The notes under the pieces: generated by a model
Seen by the model: the letters and a program-made list of their open reading frames with translations, nothing else
What the model was told of the DNA's origin: nothing
The model's database searches: none
In this document: piece after piece, positions 15,201-30,200 of the stretch
Position numbering within the stretch: position 1 is the first letter of the stretch
Layout of the letters: every line of letters begins with the position of its first letter
DNA from: Acanthaster planci
Lineage: Eukaryota
NCBI RefSeq assembly: GCF_001949145.1
Contig: NW_019091360.1
Coordinates: 3,222,864 to 3,286,863 of the forward strand
Length of the DNA stretch: 64,000 nucleotides
Reading direction: 5' to 3'
Made by a program: the position numbers and the translations under genes

Positions 15201-18200
15201 CCCCATTGGAATGTTACTGACTGCTCTGTGACACCTGCTATGAGGATTTCTGCAGCATCAAAGTCATCTGTCAAACGGAAACCATAGGAATTATCATCTT
15301 CTTCCTTGCATACTTGACACATCTGTGACAACATCTGTTACAATCACAGGACTCATAAAAGTCCCCAAGGCAAAGTTTGAAAGTTCATTTGTACATCTTC
15401 ATGCTATTCAGCGAATTCATGTTAAAGCCAACTCTCATGATAAAAAAGGGAAAAACGGCATTCCAGAAAAATCACTGTCTCAGAGACAACTTGTGCAAAG
15501 ACCATAAAAGATGGGTAAGATATTAGTAGCCAACAACTGAAGACAAGTCCAGAATATGGAGTTCCTGTAAAGAAGAGCAGTGAGGACATCTGTTCCTCAT
15601 ACAGTTATTTACATGGAGAAGAGGAGATTTTATTCAGGGAGTTGCTAGGGAATACCACTCACCTGTTGTCACGGTAACAGTTGTCGGGGTACTCCTCTCT
15701 TCCGTATCACCCTGTCCCACGAAGGTGACAATCTGGAAAGTGTACTCAGTGTTTGGCTGCAGTCCTGAGATGGTTGCCTGCAGGAGATCAAACACACCGA
15801 TACAATGCCTGCTACTGGCATCTGGCTCTGGTTAGGGATGTTACGCCCCAACTATAGCATCAGTCCCAACTATAGTTGGGCCCGTACCAACTATAGTTGG
15901 GACGGGCGCAACTACAGCATAGAGATCCTGTGTGCATGATGTGCCCAGCATGTGCCGAAGTCATATTGTTTACAAATGTCCTGTCATTGGTCATAGGGCT
16001 AGATGAAGAGATGAAGTGCCACATTTTAGATGAATTGTGTCAAGTGTGAGACACATTGACTTGGATAATGTTGAGACATTTCCCACAGACATTGGTCAAC
16101 AATAGTTGGGCCAGCCCAACTGCAGCACTACGGTTGGGACTGTCCCAACCATAGCTGGAACTTATGCTATAGTTGGGGCGTAACAGGGACGCTGACAATA
16201 TTGTGAATAGTTGCAATGAAATTCACTGATCTATGCAAAGCTGAATTATGCAATAGGTGCTGTGCTTAGCGCCTATAAAAAACTTGGAGGCCTGTGAAAA
16301 ATTTGCGATATGAAAATACTGGCGTTTCAGCATCTTCTCTGACATTTCCATCAGCAGAGAGCTTTGAACTATGACAGCTATTCCAGGACTACCAAATGCA
16401 AGGCTTCAGTGATCAACGGCACTATGAGATTGGAGATGGTGGGTTGACCTAGACCAAAGTAGGGCTGATGGAACACTAGTGCACGGACCTCTGAAATAAT
16501 CCATCTCTGGATGTATGATGTTAATGAATACCCTAAAAACTCTCAGGTGCAGCAAGTGCAACAGGTGTGAACAAGTCTCACGACTTTGCTGCATTGGGCA
16601 ATCAACAGCAGCCCAATCAAAGTCCCATGTTCCACTCTGCCAAGCAAGTCAGTTGACAAACGGTGTATACTGACGTGTCTGACAGGATTTCCAGCCAAAA
16701 TAACCAAGAGGGTCAAGATAAAATGTATACGTTCCAGGTCACCTCCAACAAATCTGTTTTGCTCTCATGTGAAGGAAGCCAAGTATTCATGGGAGGTACT
16801 TACTGATGGATCTGTGACGATTGTTGGCTCTTGGATGCCATCTCTTGGTTCGTAGGTAACGCGATAACCATCAGCCACACTAGTGTAGGAGGAGTTTCCA
16901 GGTAGCAGAGGATCCCAGCTGAGGACCACTGACTCAATGGTGGTAGATGACTGCACTGAAGCACGATCCACTGCTTCTGGTTCTGTGGATGAAAACCGAG
17001 GCTTGGAAGTCAAACATTCAACCTTTAAGGAATGTCTTCAAAAACTGAAACACTTCTCAAGTGAGAGAGTAACATCTTTACACAAATGTCCAATATCTAT
17101 TTTATGGAACACACTGAAATTCATGCAGCTTCTTCAGCACCAATATGCATGCCATTCATAATAGGAGTCCTAGGTGCTGAGGTAGTCAAAAACATGACAC
17201 CGGACACGATTGAATGTGGTTTTTTATATTAATTTTCTTAATGGTGCTAAGTATCTTGGAATATTTCTATAGATAATTGCTGTATGTTTTAATATTGCTC
17301 AATTTAGTTGAATATTACTTTGACTATTTTAATATTGTTATGTTAGATGGCCCACTGAAAATCATCTTTTTTTTAAATGACATGGTTACCATCTGTAAAT
17401 NNNNNNNNNNNNNNNNNNNNNNNNNNNNNNNNNNNNNNNNNNNNNNNNNNNNNNNNNNNNNNNNNNNNNNNNNNNNNNNNNNNNNNNNNNNNNNNNNNNN
17501 NNNNNNNNNNNNNNNNNNNNNNNNNNNNNNNNNNNNNNNNNNNNNNNNNNNNNNNNNNNNNNNNNNNNNNNNNNNNNNNNNNNNNNNNNNNNNNNNNNNN
17601 NNNNNNNNNNNNNNNNNNNNNNNNNNNNNNNNNNNNNNNNNNNNNNNNNNNNNNNNNNNNNNNNNNNNNNNNNNNNNNNNNNNNNNNNNNNNNNNNNNNN
17701 NNNNNNNNNNNNNNNNNNNNNNNNNNNNNNNNNNNNNNNNNNNNNNNNNNNNNNNNNNNNNNNNNNNNNNNNNNNNNNNNNNNNNNNNNNNNNNNNNNNN
17801 NNNNNNNNNNNNNNNNNNNNNNNNNNNNNNNNNNNNNNNNNNNNNNNNNNNNNNNNNNNNNNNNNNNNNNNNNNNNNNNNNNNNNNNNNNNNNNNNNNNN
17901 NNNNNNNNNNNNNNNNNNNNNNNNNNNNNNNNNNNNNNNNNNNNNNNNNNNNNNNNNNNNNNNNNNNNNNNNNNNNTTTTACCGTCCAAATTTTGAGAGA
18001 CGATAGATTAGGGTCTAAAATGAAAACATACAAAGTTTGGTTCAGATCAGACTAGGGAAGCCCAATGATCCACTCTTCCCATCCGCAGTGTGTGCATTAC
18101 TGACTCTAGCCTCAACGTCAAAATAAACAGTTCCACCAAAGATTCTGCATCATCCCCACCCCAGGGAAGAATGCATCCTGCATTTTCTAACAACTGAGTG

Positions 18201-21200
18201 TACAAAGTGTTCATCAAATGACATTTGTGAAGGGCAGTGCCCAATACTATACACAGTCCCTGCTTTGTTTAGTGGTTTTAAATAACATTTCCTTGATCCA
18301 CAATGCTGTTTTGCTTGAGATTTTAAAAAGGTAAACTATTAGAAATACTGATATTGAAACAAACAATTACCAAATTTTGAATACAATTTACCAATATATT
18401 TTATTGCATATTAATAGGCCTCCCAAACCTTATTATTAATATGCAGGTATGTTTGGTTTGTTAGTAAGGTATTACGTTAGTACTAGAGTGCTAGTACAGG
18501 GGTAAGGATTAGGGATGATTTTGGTATAAGTGTAACCAGCAGGTGTATGAGCAGTATGAGAGAAAAGGTTACAATTATGACCCTAATCCATAGCCCACTC
18601 AAATCTGTGAGACCTTTTTGAGGGAACTCCCAGCAACCTCATGGCACTCATGGTTGGCAAAAGTCCCGCTTGAAGCTTCAGGTTTGCTGGCACAACAGAG
18701 CATGCCCATTATCCTTTTCAATATTCAAACTGCTAGTGCATGCCTAAAACAGCACCTAAACAATTTCAGTACTGTGTCTATTTCGATTTAAATCACCTTG
18801 TCAAACAATATTTTTGGCATTGATTTGAATCAATATCCAAAAGAAAATTCAACATGGCAAAACTTGCGCTTTATTCAGTTTTCAGCTGATTTATGAATAT
18901 GTCTAAGATTTTTTTCACTTTTTCAATGGCAAGTGCACTCTTTGGTACTAACAAGAATTATGACACCAAGGCAGGACATTGATAGAGTGGAGTTCCACAA
19001 AACATGACGTCAAACTGACGAACAAAAAGTGACTGGATCCCAGTCTTCAGGCCAGTTTTTTTGTCTTTCTGTTTTAGTTTGAACTAGGAGCAAATTGAGC
19101 TATGATTGACATATCAATCAGTCTGGCATGCTGACAAAAAATGGACATCACGGGGGGTGAGGTTTGCGTGGATCAACATGATGGCCTTTAACTCAACATT
19201 GGTTTCGGTGAATTTTCGACTTATTCTATTAGACTGGTCACAAAACATTAGAAAAATAAAATGTTTATACTTTAATTGGACTTTTACAAAAAAAAAGGTG
19301 TTTATGGATAAGAAAAAAAGAGTTAGTATTCCCTTATTAAGAATAAAATATCCCATATCAACAACGTTTTTCATCATCACAGAAGGATTAACCTGGACAT
19401 ACAGCGAGAGATGTTTTAATTTCCTCAGCCCAAATCTTCACTTACTTGTGTACTGAGTGATGGATGAGCTGACAGCTGGACTTATACCCAAAGTGGTCAA
19501 GGTGAATGTGTAGGCCACACCAGGGGTCAAGTTGTCTTGTGCGTAAGGTGCAGGGTTTGGGCTCAGTGTTCTGTCAGCGACCAGAGCGTTGAGCGAGTCC
19601 ACGACCCTGAGTGTGTAACCTGTGGCACCGGTGGCGGGTGATATTCCTACGACGATGCGCGTGGTTTCCGCCAGGGTGACGTACAGGCTGCCCTGATCAG
19701 CTGGGTCTGGAAAGAAATGCAGAATAAACAACAGGGGTTCAGTCTTTGCCAATGAAAGCCAAAGCAGATTTGACTAATAAAAACGGAAACCTGTCAAGAT
19801 AATACAGCAGAAACTGCAAGTGAAACTGTCTAGTTGGAGAGTCAATACCTACAGAAAAGGGTCAGTGCATAAGCTGTCAAAGTCCCATGTGACCGTGTGG
19901 TCGGAGCCATCATTAGGCAAGTATATGGTAATAGCAAGCATATGTTGCATAATGTAAACTTCACAACGAGGCTCATTTTCACATAAATTAACCCCAAATT
20001 CTTGATCAAATGGCAATATAGTCACCACTTGAACTACGTAGAGCTGCTGTTATCGTTCTGATCACGCACTGGGTCCTGGTTCTGCATTCCTCTCTTACTT
20101 TTTATCATTTATAAAGCTTTGCAGGCTCTTGTCTACTAGGTAAGCACTGTGCGCAGTGCTACGGTCTTTGCATGCAATGAATGCACGTCAAGTGAACAAG
20201 GTCACAAGTAACCCTATTAGGAGAGTTGTGTACCTGTCCTGAATGTCCTTGTTGTAACCTGGCTTTCTTGGATCAAGTCTCCGTACTGGCTGAATGTGGT
20301 GATGTTGACTTCGTAATTTGTGTTTGGAATCAGGCCGCGGAGTGCCAGCTGTCTCGGGTCATTGCGGGAGACGATCGAGGGGCTGGGTGTGCGCCCAACT
20401 TCCCCAGACTCACTGGCGTAGCGTATGTAGTAGCCGTTGTAATTACCACTGGCCGGTACATCCCAGGTTAGGGTGATGGAAGAGGATGTCTGCTCAGGTG
20501 AGCTTGCTGTAACTGGCTCAGGATCTGGAAAACAATTCAGCAGAAACACAGTCTCCATGATTACTGTGAATCTTGTGACTGAGTTTTTACTCATAAATCT
20601 TTAAGCATCAGTATTCAACATGTTCAATGGTCTGAGATGCAAATGGACAAAAGCCATTTTACTCTAGTTAATTTATACTCAATGGACTGCCTCTTTCTCT
20701 TTGGGCATAAAGCTGAATTTCTTATGCATTTGACTACGGAAATGAAAGAACGATCAAATTGACAAAAGTCATGCTGTGTATTTTGTATGATTTGCTTTAT
20801 AAATCGCATATTGCTAGAATGTTAAAATGATCTTTACTATTCAAAAACATGTTGAAAGACATGGACACTCCTAGGCTTGTGCGATGTATGGGAAAATTTG
20901 TACTGATTTCCAAATGATATCATCTTGAACCCTTGCAGTACAAAGTGGGAAAAAAATTGAAATTCAATCGAACGCAAAAATGTAATTGCTACTGACAGAG
21001 AATTTCAGCAAACTTGAATACGGGCACAACTGCATGCTGTGTTACTTACAAGTCACAATTTGTGTTTGGTCTGAAAGCGTGGCGATGCCAGAAGCAGACA
21101 GTGTGTGTAGATACAAGGAGTACAGCTGGCCGGGGGTCAGAGAGGTCAAAGCGGTCTGCTGGACGCTGCCCCGAACAAAGGTCAGGGGCGACTGCTGGTT

Positions 21201-24200
21201 ACCATCCACAGGGGAGTAGGACAGCTGATACCGGTCAAAAGTGCCCACTTCCGCCGTCCACTGAACGTTGATTGTTGTGGTGGTGAGTGATTGGACGGTC
21301 AGTCTTGCAGCCCCTGTACAAAGAGTTTCGGTGAAGATACGTAAATCTTTCGTTGTCAAAAGTATACCAAAGACATAAAGTTCTCAGTAACGACAGCAAG
21401 TGAAGTTTTCAATAAACTATAAGAAACACAGTGCTTATCCGTGGCCTCTCATGTAGTGTTACTTACTGGTGGTAAACATCGCTCGAAGCTCTGTACTCTT
21501 TTCAGTGGCTGCTAGGTTACCAACCGCACTCCGTAAGACCACAGTGTGCCTGGTGTCGGGCGTCAGGTCATCCAAGGTCACACTGGTCTGGTCGGCCCTG
21601 ACAGAGGTCATGACCTCGGCCTGTGACCCCTCAGCAGTGTAGACGATCCTGTAGTCATCCACATTACCCTGGGCAGGGAGCCAAGACAGACTGGCCGTGG
21701 TAGCTGTCACACTATCCACCATCAGGTTGACTGGAGCAAGGGGTTCTGAGGACAAAGGAAAATGGATTTGGGTTTTGAAGACTTAGGTGGCCTGAACCTC
21801 TTGGCTATGGCTTAGAGCAATGCACGCATCAATAAGGAATGCATGAAGCCGCTAGCTGCTAATTGCCATAGGTTCGTGTGTTATTTCTAGCAATATAGAC
21901 CTTATTTTGGGATAGCCATAACAAATCTTGTTCCCTGAATCTGTGTTATGTCCTCGGGGTACGTCTACTGTCCTCAATGGTAAGTGCCTGTGCCCAGTTT
22001 ATGGGACGTTAGGAGATAACACTATACATAGTGCCCTCTTCTGGACTGTACAGCAGAGTATGAGTGCGTTTACTCACTAGTGTACTGTGGTGTGACAGCG
22101 GACTCGTTGGCTGCACCAGCAAGACGGACTTGAAGGTTGTACAGAGTACCGGAATTGAGACCTTCAAACGAAGCTGCGGTTGGATTTCCTGTAAATCAAA
22201 ATTTGTAGAACTACTTATGTCTAAAGCACTGAATCAACATTATCACTCTGTGACAGTATTTAAGTCGAGGTAAACATCTTCGCAGGTCAATGAGACATCA
22301 TCCAGTATCAAGTCCGACTATAAGGTATTTAAATAAACTTGACAACAATATTCCAGAGTCCCTGAACGTCTCGTTTTACTTGTAGCTAAACTTATGACTT
22401 GGCTTACGATGGAGTTTTGATTACACTCCATGAGCAATAGTCATGGGCACCAATTGTAGTTAAGGAGCATCAGCCTTACAGCTTGAATTACTTTGGAAAG
22501 TCCCATCTGGGTTAGAACTGGTTTAAAAGAACGCAGGAAACAGTCTCTGAAAAACAGATGTTCCTGTGTAAGAGCATTAAACTTCACATGGGCGTGTATC
22601 TTCAAATGGGCACAGCCTGTTCTTCGTAGGGAAACACTGAAAACATAGCTTGCTCCTATGGGAAATGTAGCATCCTAATGACAAGAACAGCTCCTCTATC
22701 GTACCTCGTGGGATACTGACGCTACGGATGAGATTGCCAGTCTGCGTGTGGATGGTAGCGATGTAACCAGTGGCTGATGGCAGCTGATTCTCTGCAAGCG
22801 GTCCCCATACAAGCCTGATGGCCGAGGTAGTGACTTCTGTCACCTCAATAGAGAGCGCTTGTAGTATTTCTATGACCAAAACAAACAAGCAAAGGTAACA
22901 TAATTCACCTTAATTCATGCTAACTACAAGAGATTTGAACATCGGAATTCTTAACTGTTTGTAATTCAATGTTGCCAAGAGTGACTCCAGGCCTCACCTG
23001 TAGTTTCTGCAACACTCAATGGCACGCTCTCCGTTTCGTAAGTGGTGTCCCTTCCACTCAGTGTCTTTACAGAGATGTTGTATTTCTGCGCAACGGCCAG
23101 TCCAGTCACCACATACATGTCCACGTCACCGTACACCTTGGCCGCCTCAGTGACAGTGCCATCAGGGGAGGTGTATGACACGAGGAAACCGTCATATTCA
23201 CCCACGGTGACAGGTGGCATCCACATGACAGGGATGCTAGTGGCAGTGGTGGACAGGTCAGTGGTGTTCACAACTGACAATGCTTGGATTCTATCAGGTG
23301 CTGCAGCATGGATCGAGGGCCAAATTGGTGGATCTCGTTATTGTTATTCATGTTACAGTTACTCTTGGTTACTCATGGTTACTCACAGTTACTCATGATT
23401 ACTCGTGTGTTTTTTATTGTTACGGTTCCTCATTGGTCATCATTCATTTGAGTGGGAGGACAAGGCTGGAACAGCACAGAGGTATCTGGTATCACAACGT
23501 TCAATTTAAACGCCTTAAAATGTTCTGAAACAATGCATGATCTGAAATTAAAGGACGACAAGACTGGGTTCTTATAAAACTCTATCTGTTACAAAGCACA
23601 AGATGCTTCTTGGTCAGAAGAATCGATCCTAAATCCCTGTTTAGGTAGCCTTTTGTCAAGGCCTTTGTGGCTGTGTGTGTGTGTGCAACTGCAAAGCGAC
23701 TGGACAGGAGACCAGGCGAGTGGCCCAGCCACGAGGCCTTTTCCAACTTGATTTTGAGGTTTTTGTGGTGAATTATTCATAAGCTCTCTGATATGTATTA
23801 TTCATAAATTTCATGTAAATAGTCGAAGCAGATGTCTCTGAAATAAACGGCATCAACTCCAGAGCTTATGCAATGTTTCCATCTGGGTTTTCATGAGAGC
23901 AATAAGCAGTGAGATGACAACTATGATGCTTGTTTGGTGGGGGGGTGGTTCTGACATTGGAGTAACACTAGCAAGTAGCAGTTCATCAAGGCCGAATGGT
24001 CACAGCAAAATGGCAGTGCTTGAAAGATGGAGCTCAGTCTTACCATATCCCCTGGGTAAAGACGAAAACGTCACGCCCGGGTACAGATTCTTCAATAGCC
24101 TAACGATGCAATGGTTTAAACTCGGCAAGGTGAAATTATCCAGCAGCATATTCTAAAGAACTGTCCATATACTGCTCTGACAACTGACCTCATTCAACAC

Positions 24201-27200
24201 CATTGACATGCTCGCCATCTTTTGGATACTTTCAATTTGCATAATAGCTGAATGTATGCTGACCCCCTCGCTTATGATTGGTTGGGATTTTTGCCATCCC
24301 AAAGGGGTAGCAAAAATGGAAAATACAAAGAAAAACATAAGAAATTCCTGACAAGTTGGAAAAGGCCCTCGTGCTGAGCCGCTCGTGTATGTGGTCTCCT
24401 CTCCAGTCGCTTTGCAGTTAACACACACAGCCATAAAGGCCTTGACGAAAGGCTACTATTTGAGAGACTTCAAGAATCCTCCAAAATGCAACGTTGAAAA
24501 GTGATCTAATAACGTATTCTTTGGACTGGAACAAACCAGATTGATTTTTCAGTTTTCTTATAAGTCACTGGGGAAACACTGATTTGTATTATCAAGGCCA
24601 TCACGGTAGCGGAGTGAATATGTTGCACCAACATTTATGGGTGTAAAAGGCATGAGCATGAGAATCAGTGTGTGAACTAACATCTGCGTGTACTCCATTC
24701 ATTTACACTACTCGATCTTCCTGATTCAAAATGATGTCACGTTTCGACTGCAAACTCACCATAAAAGTCACTCACATTGTGTTACTTATCAGTACTTTGG
24801 CACAGAGACGTACATTCAAATCTTTACCTGTGCGAGCTTGAACGGTGCCCTCCTCGGCTGGTGTACTAACTGTCCTGACCGTCACCGTGTACAGGGTACC
24901 AGGAATTAGCTGGTTGATGGTACTTTCCTCTTCACTGACAAACCTCCTGACTGCTCCATTGACCAGGATCTGGTACAGGACATTGTCAGGGTTGTTGGAC
25001 GGACCCCAGATGATGTCTAATGTGGAGGTGGTCCTGTCTTTGACTAGGACCTGCAGCGGCATCAGAGATGCTGTGGATGGATCGCGATGAGAGTCAGAAG
25101 GAATCAATTCACAATAATGATCAGAATCAGATCTTTGTTATTTCTATTCTACATTCGATATGATTATAGTTGGAGAATACTAAAGAGGACAGACAGAGGT
25201 GTGGACCGTTAGAATTGTTTTGAAGAGTGGCAACAGATCATGGCCACCTGTCTAAATGCATCACAGACTTTGTAAATCAAATGATATTAAGCAACTATTA
25301 ATTAATATTGATAACAACAACTGAAATCTGATTGTCACTGATTGGTGTGCTTGCATTTATGTTGATTCCTGATTGTCACTGATTGGCGTGCTTGCATTTA
25401 TGTTGATTCCTGATTGTCACTGATTGGTGTGCTTGCATTTATGTTGATTCCTGATTGTCTCTGATTGGTGTGCTTGTATCAAGTTGATGGCCAGGAACAA
25501 ATCAAGAGAAAGAGATGGGTAAAGTTGGCTTTCTATAGTCATAATGAGCAATACTTCAGACAAGCAACAGATTCTGTTGACTGATAATGTTCATGGCATA
25601 AATCAAGTCTTTATCATAATTGGAGGGTTATGCTACGTTGACAAAGGAAAAATGACAGGCAAGGAGGGGAAGAGTTCACACAAAGCACCCTGAGATGATA
25701 AGGTGCACAGCCAAAAACTCACCGGTTGGCTGGGTAGCAGTTGCTGCTCTGCTCCTGAGTTTCTCAGGTCCCACTGCGGCAAATACCTCCACGGTGTATT
25801 GCGTGCCGGGAAGCAGATCCTCCAATAGGAAGGTGTTGACGTTGGGAGGCAAGATTATTGGCGTTAAGCCCGGCGGGGAGACCAGAACCACGTAGTTGTC
25901 AAAGTTGGACGCTGGACCGGCCCAAGTTGCTCTCAGACTGGTCAGTGTCGGATTCGTGAGTGTCAAAACTTGAGGGGTCTCGGGACCTGACAATATCAAA
26001 GCCACGGTTTGGTGAACCCATTTGGGGAAATCAAAATAGGGAAAATGTGACCAGACCCCATGAAAAGAGTCTTACGGCTATTTTGTTCAGCAATTTCATT
26101 TTTAATATTTTGCATAAGGAAGAACAAACACAATTTATTTATGTATCAGCCACTTTGTGAAAAAACGCTAAAGGCTTCTACTGACTAACACTAGGCACAA
26201 TACTTTTAATGACCTTGACCTTAAAAAGTGGCACTGGTCAACTTGGCACGCATTTGGTCAGGTTGGGTCAAAGATTAAAAAAACAAAGTCAGTGACAAAT
26301 CTGCAACAAATGTACATGAAAGACACAATGTACGATTTCTTTTCTAAGATCAGACTGCTGAATGAAAAAAATAATTTTTTTTGGGGGGGGGGGAAAGACT
26401 TACGGGTGGTTTGGGAGTCCTGGCCAGTAATCTCTGGATTAGTTCCAACCACTGTCAGAAGAATCTTAAGAAAAAAAAACAGAAGTCAGGGTAAGAGAAA
26501 AATGGAGGCAGGGAGTACACGGCATTGCCAAAATCAGGGTAAAACTCGGTTTGCTTTTTAATGAACTCAAAGAACTTTGCAGTAAGTCCACATGACAAGA
26601 TAGTGAAACGATATACAGACAAACTGACAGGAAGACAGACCAACATTCCCACCGACCTGATACTGCGTTCCAGGGAGCAGATTCATGAAAGTGTGTCTCG
26701 GGGAGGCGATGGGAGGATAGAAAGCCGGGATGGGTGTGCCCGCGACCCCGTCAATGATAGGCGTGGCAATGAGGCGGTACTGCGTCACTGCAGGGTCCGT
26801 CACCACACCCCAGGCCACCGAGATGGTGGAGGCGGTGAAATCAAACACGGTCACGTTGCCTTGCGGAAGTGACACTTCAAAATCCAAACAGCAAACAAAT
26901 TCGGTGAAAAGGATGCAAGTTGAAGTCATCTGACTTTGAATTCTCATGTTTGACTATTCTGCAGGTGACAGCTCGAAAATTGTTGGAGGAACATTTTTGT
27001 TTATCAATCAATGAGCCAATCATTAAATTGCAAATTACCCAGTACAGCAAAGTGACACGTCACACTGCCAGAATTTTTGCGAGAGAACGTAAACAACAAG
27101 TGAAATATCCAATTGGCTACATTTACAATGAAAAGCTGACACAGATTTTTTGTCATAATACGAGCGATTCACAATAGTGCGCCACCAAGAGTTTGCAACA

Positions 27201-30200
27201 CATTGGCCAATCAGAACACACAGAAATTTTTGGCCCTTTTCTAAACGCGACATAAGTCGACAAAGTCCCCGCATTGTGATTGGCCAACGCGTTGCAAACT
27301 CTTGGTGGCGCACTATTGTGAAACGGCCGTATTGCACTAATTTCACAACTTGTCAATTTGACATGATTAAGGTGCATAAATCATGACACCGTCTCGAAAA
27401 CCCGTATGCCAGTTGAATGCACTCAATCAGACTACGACTGTCGGAGCCTTACATCAGAATTGCTGAGGCCATTTTCATTCCTTTGGGGGAACTTACGTGT
27501 GGTTGCATTGACTTCAGATGGAACACTCTTGAGCTCATTCGGAGTATTGGGATCGATGACAGTGACTATCCCTATGGTGTAGAGGGTTGCGGGATCCAGA
27601 CCGTCTACTGTCAGCTGATTGGTTGCGCCCCTTGGCACTGTGGTAAAGGACTGTGGGAAGGATGGCATTTCAAGAAATCTCCAAGAGAATTTCTTATCAA
27701 AGGGTCCATGCTGTGAATCAACTTGGAAAACATCTTTCCTGCAACTTTCTATTCCTCTTGAGAGGTATTTTGGTTAGCCTCTTTGGTAAGTGCACTTTTT
27801 GAAATGACTTAAGTGTCCATGCTTTCGTGACAAAAGAGGGAACTGTTGCTCTGATGTCATTACAGGAAACCACTACTCATTGGGGCTCACTGAAAATACT
27901 TGGGAGAAAAACTTTGCTTGCTTGCTGACTATCAAGAACTGAAACAGTATCGCCAAAGTAAACAGAATTTGGGAAGGCAAACAGCTGCAACACTGGGTTT
28001 CAGCCTTGGATGACAGCACACTTTTGCTCAGAAATATGCGAACCGTTTGCCTAATAAACAAAAAGGCAACAAAATGCCCTTAAAATGGCATAACAAAATT
28101 TGAAACTCACGTTGAATGGGACACAAGGTGCACTCATGAGAACTGCATTACAAAAATAATTGCACTCCAAGAACCCTTTAAAGCAGGCAAGAATTCCTCT
28201 GGTAAACCTTCGGAAATATCATCCACACCATACTAAATGGTTCAATACGTGATGGTCAAGACTTTGAAATCCTGATCAAGTTGGAGCATGGTCACTGATT
28301 AAATTCTGAGGGAAGTTTGAAAGGCAGGGGGGGAACTTTTTTGTTGTTTGTAAGTACCTGCGTGGCGCCATCCTGAGTCTTGTAGTAAACCTCAAACTCG
28401 TCAAAGTCACCGTTGGGTGACGACCACGAAATATCCACTGAGATTGCAGTACTGCCAGTGGCTACCAAGGACGTTGGTGGTTCCGGTCCTTGAAAGTGGG
28501 TAAATCATTTGGAAAAAATATTGGAATTATTACGGTACAGAAGAAGATCTGATGGAACTGTATTCAATTCATTGACTGTAGAGAAAACTTCACAACCGGC
28601 TGGGGTGCATGTGCTAATGAGAATATTTTACCCCTTGGTACGAGAGTGAGGCTGCATCTACAGCTGAGTGGTGGGCTTCCACCATTTGTACACAGGGACA
28701 AGTTGACAAGAGCTGATAGCTCATGCTGGAGGAAAGCCGAACCCCAATTTTTTCCCTTCTAGTATCTGTACTTCAGTCAACTGTACGCACAGGTAACAAC
28801 TTACGCGTTTTCTGAGTGATGGAGGACATCTCCTGATTTTGACTGGCACTGAAGATGGTGGCCAGCTGGATGGTGTACTCGGTCGCCGATAGGAGATTGG
28901 AGATTGTCGCTGTGGTCTCCTGGGCTCCCAGAAGGATCGGGTTGCTGCCTTGTAATGGAGCTGGGGTGACACGCAGGGAGTACAGCACCACCCCAGGTGT
29001 GGTGGAGAGGCCCCAGATCAAAGAGATGCTGTTTGTATTGACTGCTGATACCTCGATATTTAAAGGTGGGATACTCCCTGGGTTGAAAGAGACAGACTGA
29101 TTGAAACAAACCTTTCAGGCACACTGATTAAAAAACTTTCTTAATCAACCCAACGGGTGTGTGGAATACAGTGTTATTTGTTGTTACAAACTTTGAGAGT
29201 GCACCTTTATCTTTCAATTAACTTTATTTTCAATATTTGCTCTGCAATTTTAAATGGTGCCTCTTTGATTTTATAACACTCCAGGAAACTTTCCTTTTCG
29301 TGGATGATTCACTATCACATGAGTTGACATCAACAAGCCATTGTACAATCCCTTTTGACCAATGTTTCCTATAAGCTAACAATGTCTTCACTATTTTTCA
29401 TCACAGCGCCTTCCATTGTCGAGAAAAGCACCAAGAATTCAAACTGCTGAAATAAAATGCACTTTTTAATACCCTTAACCTCCACCTAGAGCGAAAGCAC
29501 CCCCTCATCGGTTGAAAAGAGTCAGGTCGGTGGGAAAATGTTACATGTATTCATTTTGTGGGTGGTGGCACGACCATAACGCATGCATTTCATAGTCATT
29601 AGTGAACCAGCAAAATGCAGTATCCACCAAAGGAACCTAGATTGTGCCCTTTCAAATTGTGCCCTTTCAAAGTTCAGCTCAGGGTTCATAAAGTTGCACA
29701 AAAACTTCTGTTTTAAAAGGGAGGTCTTACTTGTGGTGACAGATGCTGTGACGACGTCACTCACTGTTGCCGAGTCACCGGTTCCCGAGCGGGTGGCCAG
29801 CTCAAAGTCATATGTCGTGTCCGGCTGCAGGCCATCCAGCTGGTAACTGCGGACATCCTCATCTAGTATCTCCATGGACGGGGCATCATTGGTACCCTGC
29901 TCACTGTAGGTCAGGATGTAGTTGTTGAATTCACCTGAGCTTGGGGCCACCCATGTGAGAGTAATGTCCAATGTGTTGACTGTTGCAGCGGCAAAGAACC
30001 TTGCCGGCATTGGTACTATTAAAAGAAAAGGAAAATGTTGACAACACCACAGTATTAAGGTGACATCAACACAATGAAGCGTAGCACTGAAAACAGGTTA
30101 TTCAAACGCCATGGCCAGAAACTGCTTGACGCCGAGATATCTTGTGTCTTTGATGCTTTATTTTTCTTTCACCCTCAGTTGGTTGTTTAATAACTTTGAC

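Noticed and set aside
17277..18033. Four 209-239 aa ORFs in the track
   Set aside because: Artefacts of reading through the N gap.
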